From Adineta vaga (lineage: Eukaryota; Animalia; Rotifera), in contig CP075497.1 of assembly GCA_021613535.1 (NCBI GenBank), positions 11,718,001-11,782,000 on the forward strand: a stretch of DNA of 64,000 nt. Direction: 5' to 3'. The notes beneath the pieces were generated by a model. It made no database searches. It was not told the DNA's origin and worked only from the letters and a program-made list of their open reading frames with translations. The position numbers and the translations under genes were made by a program. How positions within the stretch are numbered: the first letter of the stretch is position 1; each line of letters begins with the position of its first letter. Below are positions 12,880 to 25,845 of the stretch, piece after piece.

Positions 12880-14957
12880 ATGACTGATTTAATGAATACC
12901 TCAACTCATTCTCAACATTATCCACCGAATCCAAATGAAATTGCTGGAAATCGACGACCAGCTCGCCCATCAAGTGCACAACATCGTTCAACAACTCCGA
13001 CACGAAATCGACAACAGCATCAAACAATGATTAATGGTTTAAATACAACAGCAAAATTAGAACAATCGATGTTAAGACAAGAATTAGATCGAACAGGAAT
13101 GTCGACAACATCACAAAAATTAAATGGTAAAGGTAAAAGTCGTTTATATTCAACATGGACACCTTTACAAGATGAAGAAACCAATGCCAGAGTGAGTGCA
13201 AACGAATCTCTAATTTAGAATAGTCTTATCGCAAAAATAGATAGATCTATAGTTCGGATATCTTTCCTTATTTCTTTCTTTGAATGTCTGTTTGAAAATA
13301 AGAATATTCTCAAGGTCATTTTCATTATTACTTGTTTAGTTATTCGATGAAAGAAAACAATTGGTCAATAAATGGGTAAGAATATTCCTTATGAATTTGT
13401 ATTCGATTCAAGATTGAATTTTAGTTTGAAAAATGGACTGATGATCAACGTCGAATTATACTTGATGATTTAATGGCAAAGAGCCGTCCACGTCAATTAA
13501 CTTATACACGAAATTTATTAACGAAACGATTTCCTGCACATCATCAAGATTTTACTCGATTATTTCCACATGTTCTTTGTCTTTATATATTTTCATATCT
13601 TGATCCACGTAGTCTTTGTCGTTGTGCACAAGTAAAATCCTTCATTCTTTCTTAATAACTGATTTCTTCATTTAAAACAAAAAAGGTTTGTTGGTATTGG
13701 AAATTTTTAACCGAATCAGATCAAATCTGGATGCCGAAATGTCTACGTTTTGGTTGGACACCTAAACATAATCCATCACCGTATGAAAGTAATGTTTGGA
13801 AACGTGTTTATACATTCAATATTCAAGCGTTACAAACTATGCCTGTTCGAGTAAGTAAAACGGACATATTCTTCGTTATTTTCATGTAAATTATCAGATG
13901 AATTTATTGATATCATTATCGAAACCTTTTATCGATTCGAATAGAACGATGATTGATGCATTTGTACAAACAATCAATCTAAGGAGAGATTCTAGAAGAA
14001 GATTTGTAAATAATTCTCTTTAGTTTTCGTTTGCAATCTAAGTTTATTTTTGCATTTTGTTTGATGAATGACAAAGACTTATTCATGATGTAACTGAATT
14101 ATAAAATAAAGAAAAGAATGTCAATAAGTGAATCTTTACACATTAAAATTCTTTTTTTCTAACAGGATTATTCTCATCGTACACAAAGTGGTTATTACGA
14201 TGATCAATTATCTTCACGTCAGAATACTTCACGTTCACATAATGCTCGGCATCAACATAATCAATCTCATTTATCTTCATCGTCAACTGCCGCCGCTGCA
14301 GCAGCAACAGCACATCGAAAAGTTGAACATCCACCATGGCGTGCTAACAGGTAAAACATCTCATCTTTTTTGATTGATTCATTCTCTGTTGTTGTTTTTT
14401 CTTCTTTAGTCGAAATCCATCTGATACACTTCGCTTTAATTACTTAGATAATGATGACAGTGAACTTGAATCTTTAATTGCTAAACATCGTAAACATGGA
14501 ACAAGTATTCTTCAACAAACGGAATCGGATCTTAATACAAGTAAAGAAAGACAAGCACGTGGCCGAACGGATGATCGACATGAACATCATGGAAGTATGC
14601 GACGAAGTCAATCTTTAGTATGTTTAATAATCTATTCAAATAGTTATCATCGATTCTATTCGTTTTTTTTCTTTTTCGTAGAGCGCACGTGGTAGTCCAT
14701 CTGTTAGTTTTCGTGATGAAAGAAATTCGCATCATAATCATTCATTTTTCCCTCGTCCTCCTTCAACATCAGGTCTTGCAAATCGACCTGTAGATATTCC
14801 TCGTCCACCATCATCCGCTCAGAAAGTTCGATATTCATCAAAAATATCAACAAATGGTACGTTCATAAATTTCCTCATTTCTGTTTACTGAGTTCTTCTT
14901 TTAGATACATCAAATCGAACATGGCATGCAACGAACAATGAGGAATATTTAGAATAA
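12880..14957 (+). CDS. FBXO16: F-box only protein 16-like, multi-exon
   Basis: STWTPL, EKWTDDQRR, DFTRLFPHVLCLYIFSYLDPRSLCRCAQV|CWYWKFLTESDQIWMPKCLRFGW, HPPWRA. Confidence 0.85.
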
Positions 14958-15427
14958 TAAATTTTAATTGTGATGTTTTTTTTTGCATATGTTCCTTTGG
15001 CAATACCATTTCTTTTTGAAGAAAGAAAAAGCCTTTGTATTTGTCTTATTGTTTGTTAATCTATATGTATATGTAGTGGATGTTTTTCTCTAATATTGTT
15101 TGTCTGGTTGATTTTTATTTAGATGTGTCAACATAAACACACACACATACACATAGTGTTTTAACTAATGAGTTCTTTGTTAATGTTTTGTGTCTCTTAA
15201 AGTATTGTCAATATGTGTTTATCGTAGAAATATACAAGAAAATGATATAATAAATAGTAGAGAATGACATCTATTGCGATTTGAAATGTAAATGGTTCGC
15301 GAAAAAAACAGATATCTAAGTACCATGAAATGAGTCATTTACTATCGTCTAATAGTATAGTGTAGACAGTATTTGAGTGCAAACTGATCTTTCTTCATAT
15401 TAGAAAAAACCGCATACCTTAAACAAA

Positions 15428-15616
15428 ATGTCATCGAATACTACTCAACAATCTAATGCTAATGAAAAAGTTGATGAACCACCTCGTTATGATAAAGACC
15501 GTACATTAGAAGGTGCACCATTGAACGCGAGTGACCTTGCTGAAAAATGTTCATCACAAACATGTGGTCATGATGCTGTTGGTGGTGGTACACAAGATAC
15601 AAGCAAAGCTAAGTAA
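15428..15616 (+). CDS. Small hydrophilic protein (62 aa), unknown
   Basis: AAAATG start context, coding-like composition compared with the flanks, possible acceptor just upstream; no family recognised. Confidence 0.5.
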   Translation: MSSNTTQQSNANEKVDEPPRYDKDRTLEGAPLNASDLAEKCSSQTCGHDAVGGGTQDTSKAK

Positions 15617-16133
15617 TAACATCGAACATAGATTGAATATCATAAATTTTGTTGTTTTAAAATAAAGATTGAAAAAAAAAGAAATTGATATAAAATGAGA
15701 ACTTGTAGATATCGATAAACGAGCAAATTTCATGGGAAAATCGAGTTCTTTTCTTATGGATAAACAAGACGAGAGTTTTTCGATCGTTCTAGATGTTCTT
15801 TTAATACATACAGTTGTCTGGAGGTCAACAAGCTTGACCATGAGAACTGTCTTTTGAATTTGGTACATAAACACTTCTATCGTTATAAAAAAAAGACAAG
15901 TGTCGATAAAGCAAACCAAAATAAGATCTTTATGCACTGTAAATATTTAATGAATACAATTTCGATATCGCACTCATATTCTCGAGAAAATAGATTAACT
16001 ATCTTAATTTTATTGTTTTAAAAGAAAGATTGATAATGAAAAACAACTTCATTCTCTAGAAATCGTTATTGAAGCATAAGTGTTTTTATCAATGAATGAT
16101 TATCTTAGTACTTTTCATCTATTATTAAAATTT

Positions 16134-18529
16134 TCAGGAACAGACAATATTCGTTGGTGTAATAACTAATTGTCCTCGACCTTGATCAGTAGATAATGAA
16201 CAATTAACATTCACTGTATGTAAAGAAGAATGATGAACAAGAAGTGAAACGACTTCAGATTTTGCACCTTGAACAGTGATGGTTGTTTGAGTTTTTTCAG
16301 TATTTGTTGTAATATATGAAATTCGTTGTTGACTTACAGCTGTCCATTTATTTCTTTCACCAAGAAAAGCATATTTCGTATGGATAGGATCATTAAATTG
16401 CCATAATGGTGATATATACCAAACACAAATAGCTAAATCACCACATTTACTAGCTGATACATCAAGAGGATGTGTATCATCGAAAGTTGAGACTACATCT
16501 GTATTATCATAGGACCAAATGACACCTGATTCACTACCAATCATTGATGGATAAACAACATAATCTCGTTTCATTGCTGAAGCAAAGATAATATGAAATT
16601 CTCGATCATTGCTAAATGAAAAAGATATTTTTATTGAAAGAAAAGAATTACTTTACTAGAAATCTTACATTGTTGTTTCTGTAGAATAAAGTTCACCTTG
16701 AATAACACCATCGTACAAAGCCCAATCAGCTACTAATGTATTAATAGTTGTTAATGGTCGATCAGGTTTTAAAATGAGACCATCTTTACGACAACATTTC
16801 ATAATACGTTCAACATTTGTATAATTAATTGCATCACCTGGACCAACAGGACCTGTTGAAAGTGTTGCAATAAGAATTTCTCGTTCGGGAAGGACTTCCA
16901 CAGCAGATGATGAATAAGGCGAACCCGGTTGTTCTGATGTTGACCAAAGAACATCTTTAAATGGTGCTAAACCAATTGCATCGGCAAACATACTTGATAT
17001 TCCAATATTCCATTGAGATTTGTGTGAATCTTTTAAATGAACAGCATAATCATCCGATGCTCGTGCATGTGTAACACGTGGAATTTCTAGAGCTTGTAAA
17101 ATATGACGAGGTAAACTCATACAATATTGAATATTCATGCCAACACGTTCTGCTGCTCTACCCATCGATTTTAACCATTGTTCACCAAGATCAATATTTG
17201 TACGTGTTGGAAGAAATTCTAACGTTTGTACATTAAGCCAATCTTGTTCATATAAAACTAAACCCCAATTGCGTGCATCAAGAAATAAATCTAACCAAAA
17301 TGAATCATTGCCAATTGGTAATGCTTTACCATTACCAGCATCAAGAGCAAATGCATATTTTTGTTTATAAACTGTATCATATGCCCAATATCGATTATGC
17401 GCTGCTAATGGTATATTTTCTAATCGACGATGTAATGAAACAAGACCATCAGGAAATACATCAGGACGTGCTGTCCATTGTGACACACCACCACCAATAC
17501 CTTTAAAATACCACCATGAATCAAGTTGTATATAATGAAATGGAAGTGGAATTTGATGTGCAACATTAATCATTGTTGCTTCATAATTCATTCCTTGTTC
17601 CGTATTATAATAATAATAACCACCATTGTCAGTATAATAACCAAGATAATTTATTGTAAGATCATTCAAACGATTTTGATTAGTTCGATTAAATGCTCGT
17701 TGCATTGTTTCACCCCATTCACGCATACCAACGTTGATGCCACGTGGTGAATAAAATACCGTTAATGATTGTGTATAATTAGCAGGTATGGTTGACATCG
17801 AGCCAATTACGCCATATTCTAATATACTATCCGATACTGGACTTCGTTGAGATAATGAAGTAGCCATAAAATGAGAAAATGGAGAAATTACTATCATATC
17901 ACCTTCACCTCGTTGGTTTAAATTAAAAAGAACAACAGGTCCACTTTGCATTCCTGATTTAATGACTTTAGCTGATGAATTCCAGTGTCCAGCATGTTTA
18001 TCACCTTCACCAACCATAGCTCCTAAACAAAGAATTCATGTATCTATACATTCAATATAAAATATTTACCTCCAAATGTAAAATATCCACGTTCATCATT
18101 CATACCCGTTTTTTCAATATGAAATGATGGAAACACAGTTCGAACCTGTTCCATATCCAAAGCAATTTTATCTGTTAACATTTTATCACCTGTATCGAAA
18201 TAAAATGTAAATGCTGAAATAATATTCCATTGTCGTATACGAGCTACAATCGTTGTTGGTACTTGTTGACGAACAAGACGATAGATTAATTGTGTTTCAT
18301 TCCAACTACCTAAATTAGGGTCAATACCTTGTACAGTAAGTCTATCAACTAATGTAAGTGATTGATTATCTGTTGAATACCATTGATCATCAACATAGAT
18401 TCCTGTACGAGCAGAACGAAGCCATATTTGATCATTAATTGTTACATTATAACCTCCATTTTGATCGATTAAAACTCTTATATCACAAGAATATCCAACT
18501 AGAAAAAGAAGAAACACCACAAGACGCAT
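16134..18529 (-). CDS. Secreted glycoside-hydrolase-like protein (clan GH-D, GH27/36-like TIM barrel), 3 exons
   Basis: Signal peptide MRLVVFLLFLVGYSC. Motifs YIQLDSWW, FPDGL, YEQDW and RASDDY resemble GH36/Sip1 DDGW, KxD and RxSDD. Exons ~18070-18529, ~16670-18023, 16134-~16612. Confidence 0.7.
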
Positions 18530-18937
18530 CTTTAACAAATGATTTAACCAAGGTAAAAGATAACGAGAATTTATATACACCTATCTTGAGCAGAGAAGTG
18601 ATAAAGAAAAGTATTATCACAAAACGTTTCGTATAAGAATACGGTATCATTAGATAAATACGACCAAACATTGTGCAATACTTTGCTTTATTTTTGGATT
18701 CATCAAAAACATCTTTTCTACATTGAGAAAATTACAATGATCTTTCAAGATTTGTCATCATTATTTATCTATTATTCTTTATTGTCGGTCATTTTTACAA
18801 AAGTATAGTAGTAGATGGATGAAGTCAATTCTTTTCTCATTCGTCAATACTGATTCTTATCTTTACCAACGAGAAATAATTCTTTACATTCAAATAGAAT
18901 TTCTAGTTTATTCTAAACAAGTACATGAAAAAAAACA

Positions 18938-19657
18938 ATGGCATATGTTGGATCTTTATCTTTATTATTTTCAATATTACTTATTCTTGAAATTTATAGC
19001 GAAATAGTTGAAGATTATTTAATTATGTGGATAGTTAAACCATTATTAATGCCTGTATTATTGTTGTTATTTTTATTAAATTCACATCATAACTTATCAA
19101 CGGAACGGCTTTGTTTAATAATATCATTGGTTTTTTCTTGTTTAGGTGATATTTTATTAATGCAACGTCGAAATCATTTATTTGTTTTTGGTTTAGCTTC
19201 ATTTTTAATTGCTCATATAAGTTATGTCATTTCATTTATCGTTCGATTTCGACATGAAGGAGAAGCATTCAAACGACGATTAACTATTTCAGCATTGATA
19301 AAAACAATGATTCCATTTCTAGCATATATCGCATTGATGCTTTATATACTTTGTCCAAAATTACATGTAGATAGAGAAGAAACCAAAGGTCTACTTATGC
19401 CCGTTGTGTTTTATACATTTGTAATTGTTAGTATGGCTTATATTTCCTATTTACGTGATCGAAAAACACCAGGTTTTTGGTCGGTATTTATTGGAGCAGT
19501 ATTTTTTGTTTTATCAGATACTCTGATAGCTTTTAATCGATTTGTAATGCCCATACCAGTAGCAGGTTTGTTTGTTATGTTCACATATGGTTTAGGTCAA
19601 TATTTAATAACAATTGGTACTTTACAAACAAATACAAAATATTGGAAAATTAGATAA
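18938..19657 (+). CDS. TMEM86: Lysoplasmalogenase, TMEM86/YhhN family
   Basis: KPLLMP, FSCLGDILL, FVFGLASFLIAHISY, GAVFFVLSDTLIAFNRF, TYGLGQYLI; multiple TM helices. Confidence 0.92.
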   Translation: MAYVGSLSLLFSILLILEIYSEIVEDYLIMWIVKPLLMPVLLLLFLLNSHHNLSTERLCLIISLVFSCLGDILLMQRRNHLFVFGLASFLIAHISYVISFIVRFRHEGEAFKRRLTISALIKTMIPFLAYIALMLYILCPKLHVDREETKGLLMPVVFYTFVIVSMAYISYLRDRKTPGFWSVFIGAVFFVLSDTLIAFNRFVMPIPVAGLFVMFTYGLGQYLITIGTLQTNTKYWKIR

Positions 19658-20836
19658 ATATGTATGATCTACGTATACTTTATTGTTTGCATCTGAATAA
19701 AAACAAACAAACGTGTCAATAGAATACTTCCAGGTTTTCATACGATTTGAATTCATTTGTTATCTAGAAATATATTTTCCTATAAGTTGAACAATCTGTC
19801 TCATCCACGAACACCAAATCTATTTTTCTCAGAACATAAACGAATAATGAAAGACGTAACGACTCTTCTTTGCTTCTTATTTAACCTTTTTATTGCATTC
19901 TCTACATCTATGCGCCATGCTTAATCATTCATTGTTAATGATTACATGAACAGAAATATTCACTTTGAATTCATGTTTGAAGGTAAGATTTCAATTAAAT
20001 CGCATTTTGGTACATTAGAAAAGCAAATGATTGACCTTGACAATGTCTATTATCAAATATGGAACGTCAGATCATGACAAATGATATTTCTTCAAACTTC
20101 AATCTGTCACAAATACATTTCAGATTTTTATTCTACACAACTATCGCTTTCGTTGTCGAAATATATATTGCAAGATAATCTCAAATTTCTCATACGATTT
20201 CATTGATCGTTGTGCTCATAAATAAAAATTTATCGAGAATATAAAATATGATCAATTTCCAGTTTCTATTCTTAGAACATCGGAAAGAAAGAAAATATAC
20301 GTTGAGTTACAAGAACGGTATACTTCATATTTCATGAAAAAAAAACTTTGTGCTAAAGTAACATTGTCGTTCTCGCCATGACTTTCCGAGTATCTTTCGA
20401 TCGTTCGATACGCTTTGTTTAGACCAAGAATTACTTGTTTAAATGATACCTGCCAATCTTTTAAAAAGGTTTTCAATAGATATTTTAAGATGAAAAGACA
20501 ACCGCTAATGTGTGGTTGAATAAATAATAACTTTTTTTTCCTATTAAGATATTGTTGAGAAAGAAAAGTAATTTCATTTAAATTTTATATTTTTCTATTT
20601 AAAAAAAAGACTACAAAAACTTATTTTGATTGAAAGAAAAAGGAAATAAGACAACAGAGAGTCTTTCTTGTTTCTTCGTTGAGATGAAAAATCTTGAGAA
20701 AAGAAAACTATAACATATCTTGTTTAAAGAAGGCTGTCGGTAGCTCTTTTTTCAAATCATCTATGTTGGATTCGATATGAATATTTTTAAGTTATTTTGA
20801 CTAGTCTTTTTCTATATTTCAGATATTCGAATAAAA

Positions 20837-21713
20837 ATGGATGAAAATAAAACGTCATCAATAGAAAAAGAAGAGAATGTTCAGCTTTTTAGCCAAGGTA
20901 TTGAATCGTTTGGTCCATGGATAAATGATCTTGAAACATTGAATAAAGAATTTCTCAATGCTAAACCATTTCCGAATGTTGAAATTAATAATTTTTTCAA
21001 ACCAGAAATCGCTGAAGCACTTTTTCAAGTATTTCCGAAAGTTACCGATGATCATAAATGGGTTGTTTATCACAATCCTATTGAGAAAAAACATGCTTTA
21101 ACTGATTTTTCATCGCTTTCACAATTCAAAGAATTATTTAGTCTTTTACAAACGAAAGAATTCGTTGATATCATCAAAACAATCAGTGGCATCGATGCTA
21201 GAAGCTGATCCACATCTTCATGGTGCTGGACTTCATCAACATATTCCCGGTGGAAAACTTGATATGCACCTTGATTATAGTATTCATCCGATAACTGGTA
21301 AAGAACGTCGAGTAAATTTAATTATTTATTTTACTAAAGATTGGCAAGAGGAATATGGAGGTTCGATTGAATTATGGAATGAAGATTTTACAAAATGTGA
21401 AAAGAAATTAAGTCCATGTTTTAATAAAGCCATTCTTTTTCGTACATCAGATGTTTCCTATCATGGTTTACCTTTACCAATTCGATGTCCCGAAGATAAC
21501 TCACGAAAATCAATTGCTATTTATTATGTTTCAGATCCTCGTTCTGATCTGACAAATATTCGTTATAAAGCACAATTTCGTCCATTGCCAAATCAACCAG
21601 TGAATGATAAACTCGAACAGCTTTATCGTATTCGAGAAAAACGTAGTATTACAAAAGAAGATTTAGAAACCATTTATCCCGATTGGCAAACAGATGGAAA
21701 TGGTTTTTGGTGA
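20837..21713 (+). pseudogene. 2OG-Fe(II) oxygenase (prolyl-hydroxylase-like, bacterial-type) split by a frameshift near 21195; pseudogene or assembly indel
   Basis: ORF1 has AKPFPNVEINNFF...ISGIDA. ORF2 has LEADPHLHGAGLH...HLDY...RRVNLIIY...GGSIELW...FNKAILF...SYHG...RKSIAIYY (HxD...H triad plus RxS). No intron explains the frame change. Confidence 0.75.
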
Positions 21714-22281
21714 TTTTATTTTTTCTTCTCACTCTCTCTCTCTCTCTTTCGCTTTATGCATACTTTATTCATTTTAATAAGCTTCATGGATAAATCAAAC
21801 ATATAGTTTAATCAATAAAACTAATCTTAATCATTAACTAATAACACCATTGTTCATACATACATGTAGTCTTTTTTCTTTTTTTGACATATGATATTCA
21901 TCTTGAGACGAAAATTATAACGATAGACAAACTTCATATCTGTTTGATTTGATCATAGTATCACTTTGAATTAAATTCGGGAGAGAAAAAAAACGAATCG
22001 ATTATTCGAAAATTTTATACAAAATAAATAGACTGACTTCCATCGATGAATGCTGATTTAGAAAAAAAGCCAAATTCATCTCTTGTTTTTTTCCCAATGT
22101 CAACTTAGTCAACAATTTAACTGACAGACGTCGCAGTCGTGTAACTTTCCTGATCTCTGTATTATACTCTTATCTGTTCTTTTATTTCTTTTTGTAAATG
22201 ACTACACACAAATGAAATTCAAAATTATACAAGTTAGTATAAAAAAATAAACTCAATTGAAATGAAACAATGTAAATATTA

Positions 22282-25200
22282 TTAAGTATCTTTCTTATAC
22301 ATATCGCCTCTTTCCGGTATATCTAAATAAAGAAAATTGAAATTGAATTTTTTTTTCTAAATAAATCTTACCAGGTCCATTTGCTGTTGCTGGAAATTGA
22401 CATGCATCACCTTTCCAACCTGCTGGACATTGACATTCACCCGTAACGACATCACATAATTCAAAGGATTGGCATAAACAAGGTTTACAACCAATACCAA
22501 ATGTATTTGTTGGACATTCTTCAATAGAAAATAAAGTCTTTAAATTTTGAAACTTTCAAAAACCGAAAGATTACCTTGTTCACATTGACTACCTGTTCGG
22601 CCAGGTGAACAGATACATATACCTGTTTGAGAGGCACATGAACTACCATTACAATCGCATTGATTGATACATTCTTCTCCCCATTGTCCCGATGGACATG
22701 CTTGAAACAAGAAGAAGAAAAAGAAAAATTCAAAAAAAACTTATTCATTTTATTTTCTTACATTTTTCACATCGTTCACCGTAAAAGCCGGATTTACATC
22801 GACATTTACCCGTTTTACTATCACAACCATCTGATGTTTCTGTTGAACAATTACATGTCTCGGAACAATAAAACCCATATGTAAATGGTCGACATTCTAA
22901 TTAACGTAAAAGAGTTTACGACATCTCTAAATAAAAACGATTCTTCTTACGCAATTGACACGTTGAACCATAAAATCCAACTGAACACGAACAACATCCT
23001 GTCACTTTATTACATCGAGCACCATTTTTACATTGACATATTTCCGAACAATTTTGTCCATATCTTCCTTCAGGACATTCTAATTTTCAAAGATATATTC
23101 ACATTGATTATTTTCATTCTTACAAACCTTCATCACAAAATTTTCCAGTCATACCAATTCGACAAATACAAGCACCTGTTCGAGCATCACAGGATGCATC
23201 ATCGTGACATTCACATCGATGAATACATCCCGGGCCATACCAACCACGTTCACATGCTAAAGAAGAAAAAATGAAGATGCATTTTATAGAATGAAACCAA
23301 AGTAGTTAATAACAAACATTTTTCACAATATCGTCCAACATGACCCGAATGGCAAAGACAACGACCCGATAGTGGATCACATTGAGCATTATTCACACAC
23401 AAACATTTTTGACGACATCGTGGTGGACCATAATAACCTTCGGGACATAAAGATACATATGAATGTTTTCTTTCTTGTTCTAATAAACATTTCGGATCAC
23501 CACGACAGGACGAAGCATTACATTCACCTTTAAACAAATTTATAAATATTTATTTTCATAAGGACCTTATTTTACCTGTTCGAGGATTACAACTATTATC
23601 ATTTCCACAATGACATTTTTGTAAACACATATGTCCAAAATTCCCCTGTGGACATAAAGATTCACATCGACTACCGGTAAATCCTGGTAAACAAAAACAA
23701 TGTCCATCCCGTGAATCACATTTGCCTCCATTTTGACATAAACATCTATGTACGCAATCGCGTCCATAATAACTCGATGGGCAATCTATTCAAAAAACAA
23801 ACATCATCTTAGATTACAATCATCTAAAGATTATTCACATAATTCACAATCGAAATGCACACATACAAAAGAAGTATTGCATATACATTCTCATCTACTC
23901 ACATGTTAATATTCTATCTGTTAGAAATCAGAATCGAAAAAATAATCAATGTTTCATTTTTCTTTCGTCAAGAACTTACCTTCTTCACAACGAATGCCAC
24001 GATGACCAGGCAAACATTGACACTTGCCAGTCTAAAAGATGACGTAAAGAAAAATATCTTTTTATGTAAATCAAATATCATTTCTCTATTGAAATTGTAA
24101 TCGATCTCGATATTTCTTTTTATCAATAAAATGAAAAGAAAAAAGCCTACCTACTTCCATATGACATGAAGCTGTATTTCCTTTATGACATAATTGACAT
24201 CGATGTGTTTGATCAATTCTTTCAATCATTGTTGTTTGATTACAAAATATTCCACTAAAACCTATTTGACAATCGCATGTTTTCATACGCCAATTACATG
24301 TTCCATAGATGCATTTCGAACATGAATATTCACAATGTAAACCAAAACGATTATGTGGACAACGATCTATAACAAGAAAAGAAAAAGATTTATAGAGAAA
24401 TAAAACTAAGTTGATTAAACTTACTGTTCATCGAGTTTAATTGATGATGATATGGAGTCTTTCTTTGTACTCGATTCGGTTGCATTGCTAAATGAACAAT
24501 ACAGAAAAAACATCCATGATTAATCATTATTGATCTGTTTTATTTCATTTTTTTATGTGATTGATTACTAGACATTCTTTTCAATGAAAATAAATTTCAT
24601 AGTATATTGTTTTTTCTATTCTTGATTATATATAATCATCTCTTAAATACATTTGACCTTCGGATTTGTTCTGCTTTTCGACTAGACATCTATTATCTAA
24701 TTCATCATTATAAACATTCTTTCTCTGTTTTATTCGATTAATTAATATAAACACAAGATTTCAAAGTTCATTTTCTTCTTTATAGATCTGTATTCAATCA
24801 TAACAATGAAAAAACTCGTTTAGTAAGTTCATGGTCATCGATTTACAAATCAACTCTGATGAACAATAACTATCGATATATATATATATATATACATATC
24901 CTATTGTTCTCATTCGCAATATATTGACTGACCCTATATTCGTCTTTTTTTCTTCGCTTTCTCGGACGAACGTATTAACATGCAAAAAAAATCAAGTGGG
25001 ATACTCATTTCTTATGAACATCTATGATAAATTTCAATGTATTACTCAATCATTGAAATAGAGAAGAAAGATTTCAAAGAGGATAAAAGTCAATTATTTT
25101 CCAATCATTTTAATAAGATTTTAATGTATTCTTACCGATTGGACAACCATAATCGTGAACAAGACGTGTCCATCCAAGACAGCAATGATAAATAGTTACA

Positions 25201-25845
25201 TTGACTTCTTTTGTTATTTTCTGTTCACTTCGATAATATTCCGTTCTAAATCGACAGATTAATCAACATATAAACAAAAGAATTGATATGAATAGATCGA
25301 TATTACCTGTGTTCGTATGTAGGACATACACGACGACCATTAGAACAATTGCGTGACCAGACTTTAACAAGATGATCATAACTTTTCAGACATGGAATCA
25401 ATTTTGCTATAGTACGTGTTTCAATTTTTGAACAAACATTTGGCCTTTAAAACAAACAAAATTGGAGACAATGTTTTTTTATGATTCAATTTATCTCTTT
25501 TGTGTTCATTGATAAAACAAAAGATGACGAAGAAAGAATATTGACAAAAGAGGATATTTTCATCAATGAAACAAACACATATTCGATAGAATAATGTCTC
25601 ATCTATTCTTACGACTGTCAAGTTCTCTTTGATCTTGTCTCCGTCAACGCGACAATACTAACTGATCTTTCGTCAATGTCAACATTTATCTTGGATCTAT
25701 ATATGTCTAGATTTTGCTTTTTAAGATAGAAATATACTTACATATCACTTGTCAATTCAATATCATTACTGGAATCATCTTCAATGTTTATTGTACTTGA
25801 CACGCCAATCAGCAAGAAAATCAGAAAATAACTTAATTGATGCAT
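22282..25845 (-). CDS. Secreted EMI-domain plus multiple EGF/laminin-EGF repeat protein (MEGF6/10/11-like), many exons
   Basis: Signal peptide [17 protein letters not shown] at 25845. EMI-like exons 25136-25420 ([13 protein letters not shown]...CCLGW). Repeated CxCxNxxxCDxxxGxCxCxxGxxGxxC units in 22370-24370. Ends [14 protein letters not shown]. Confidence 0.8.
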
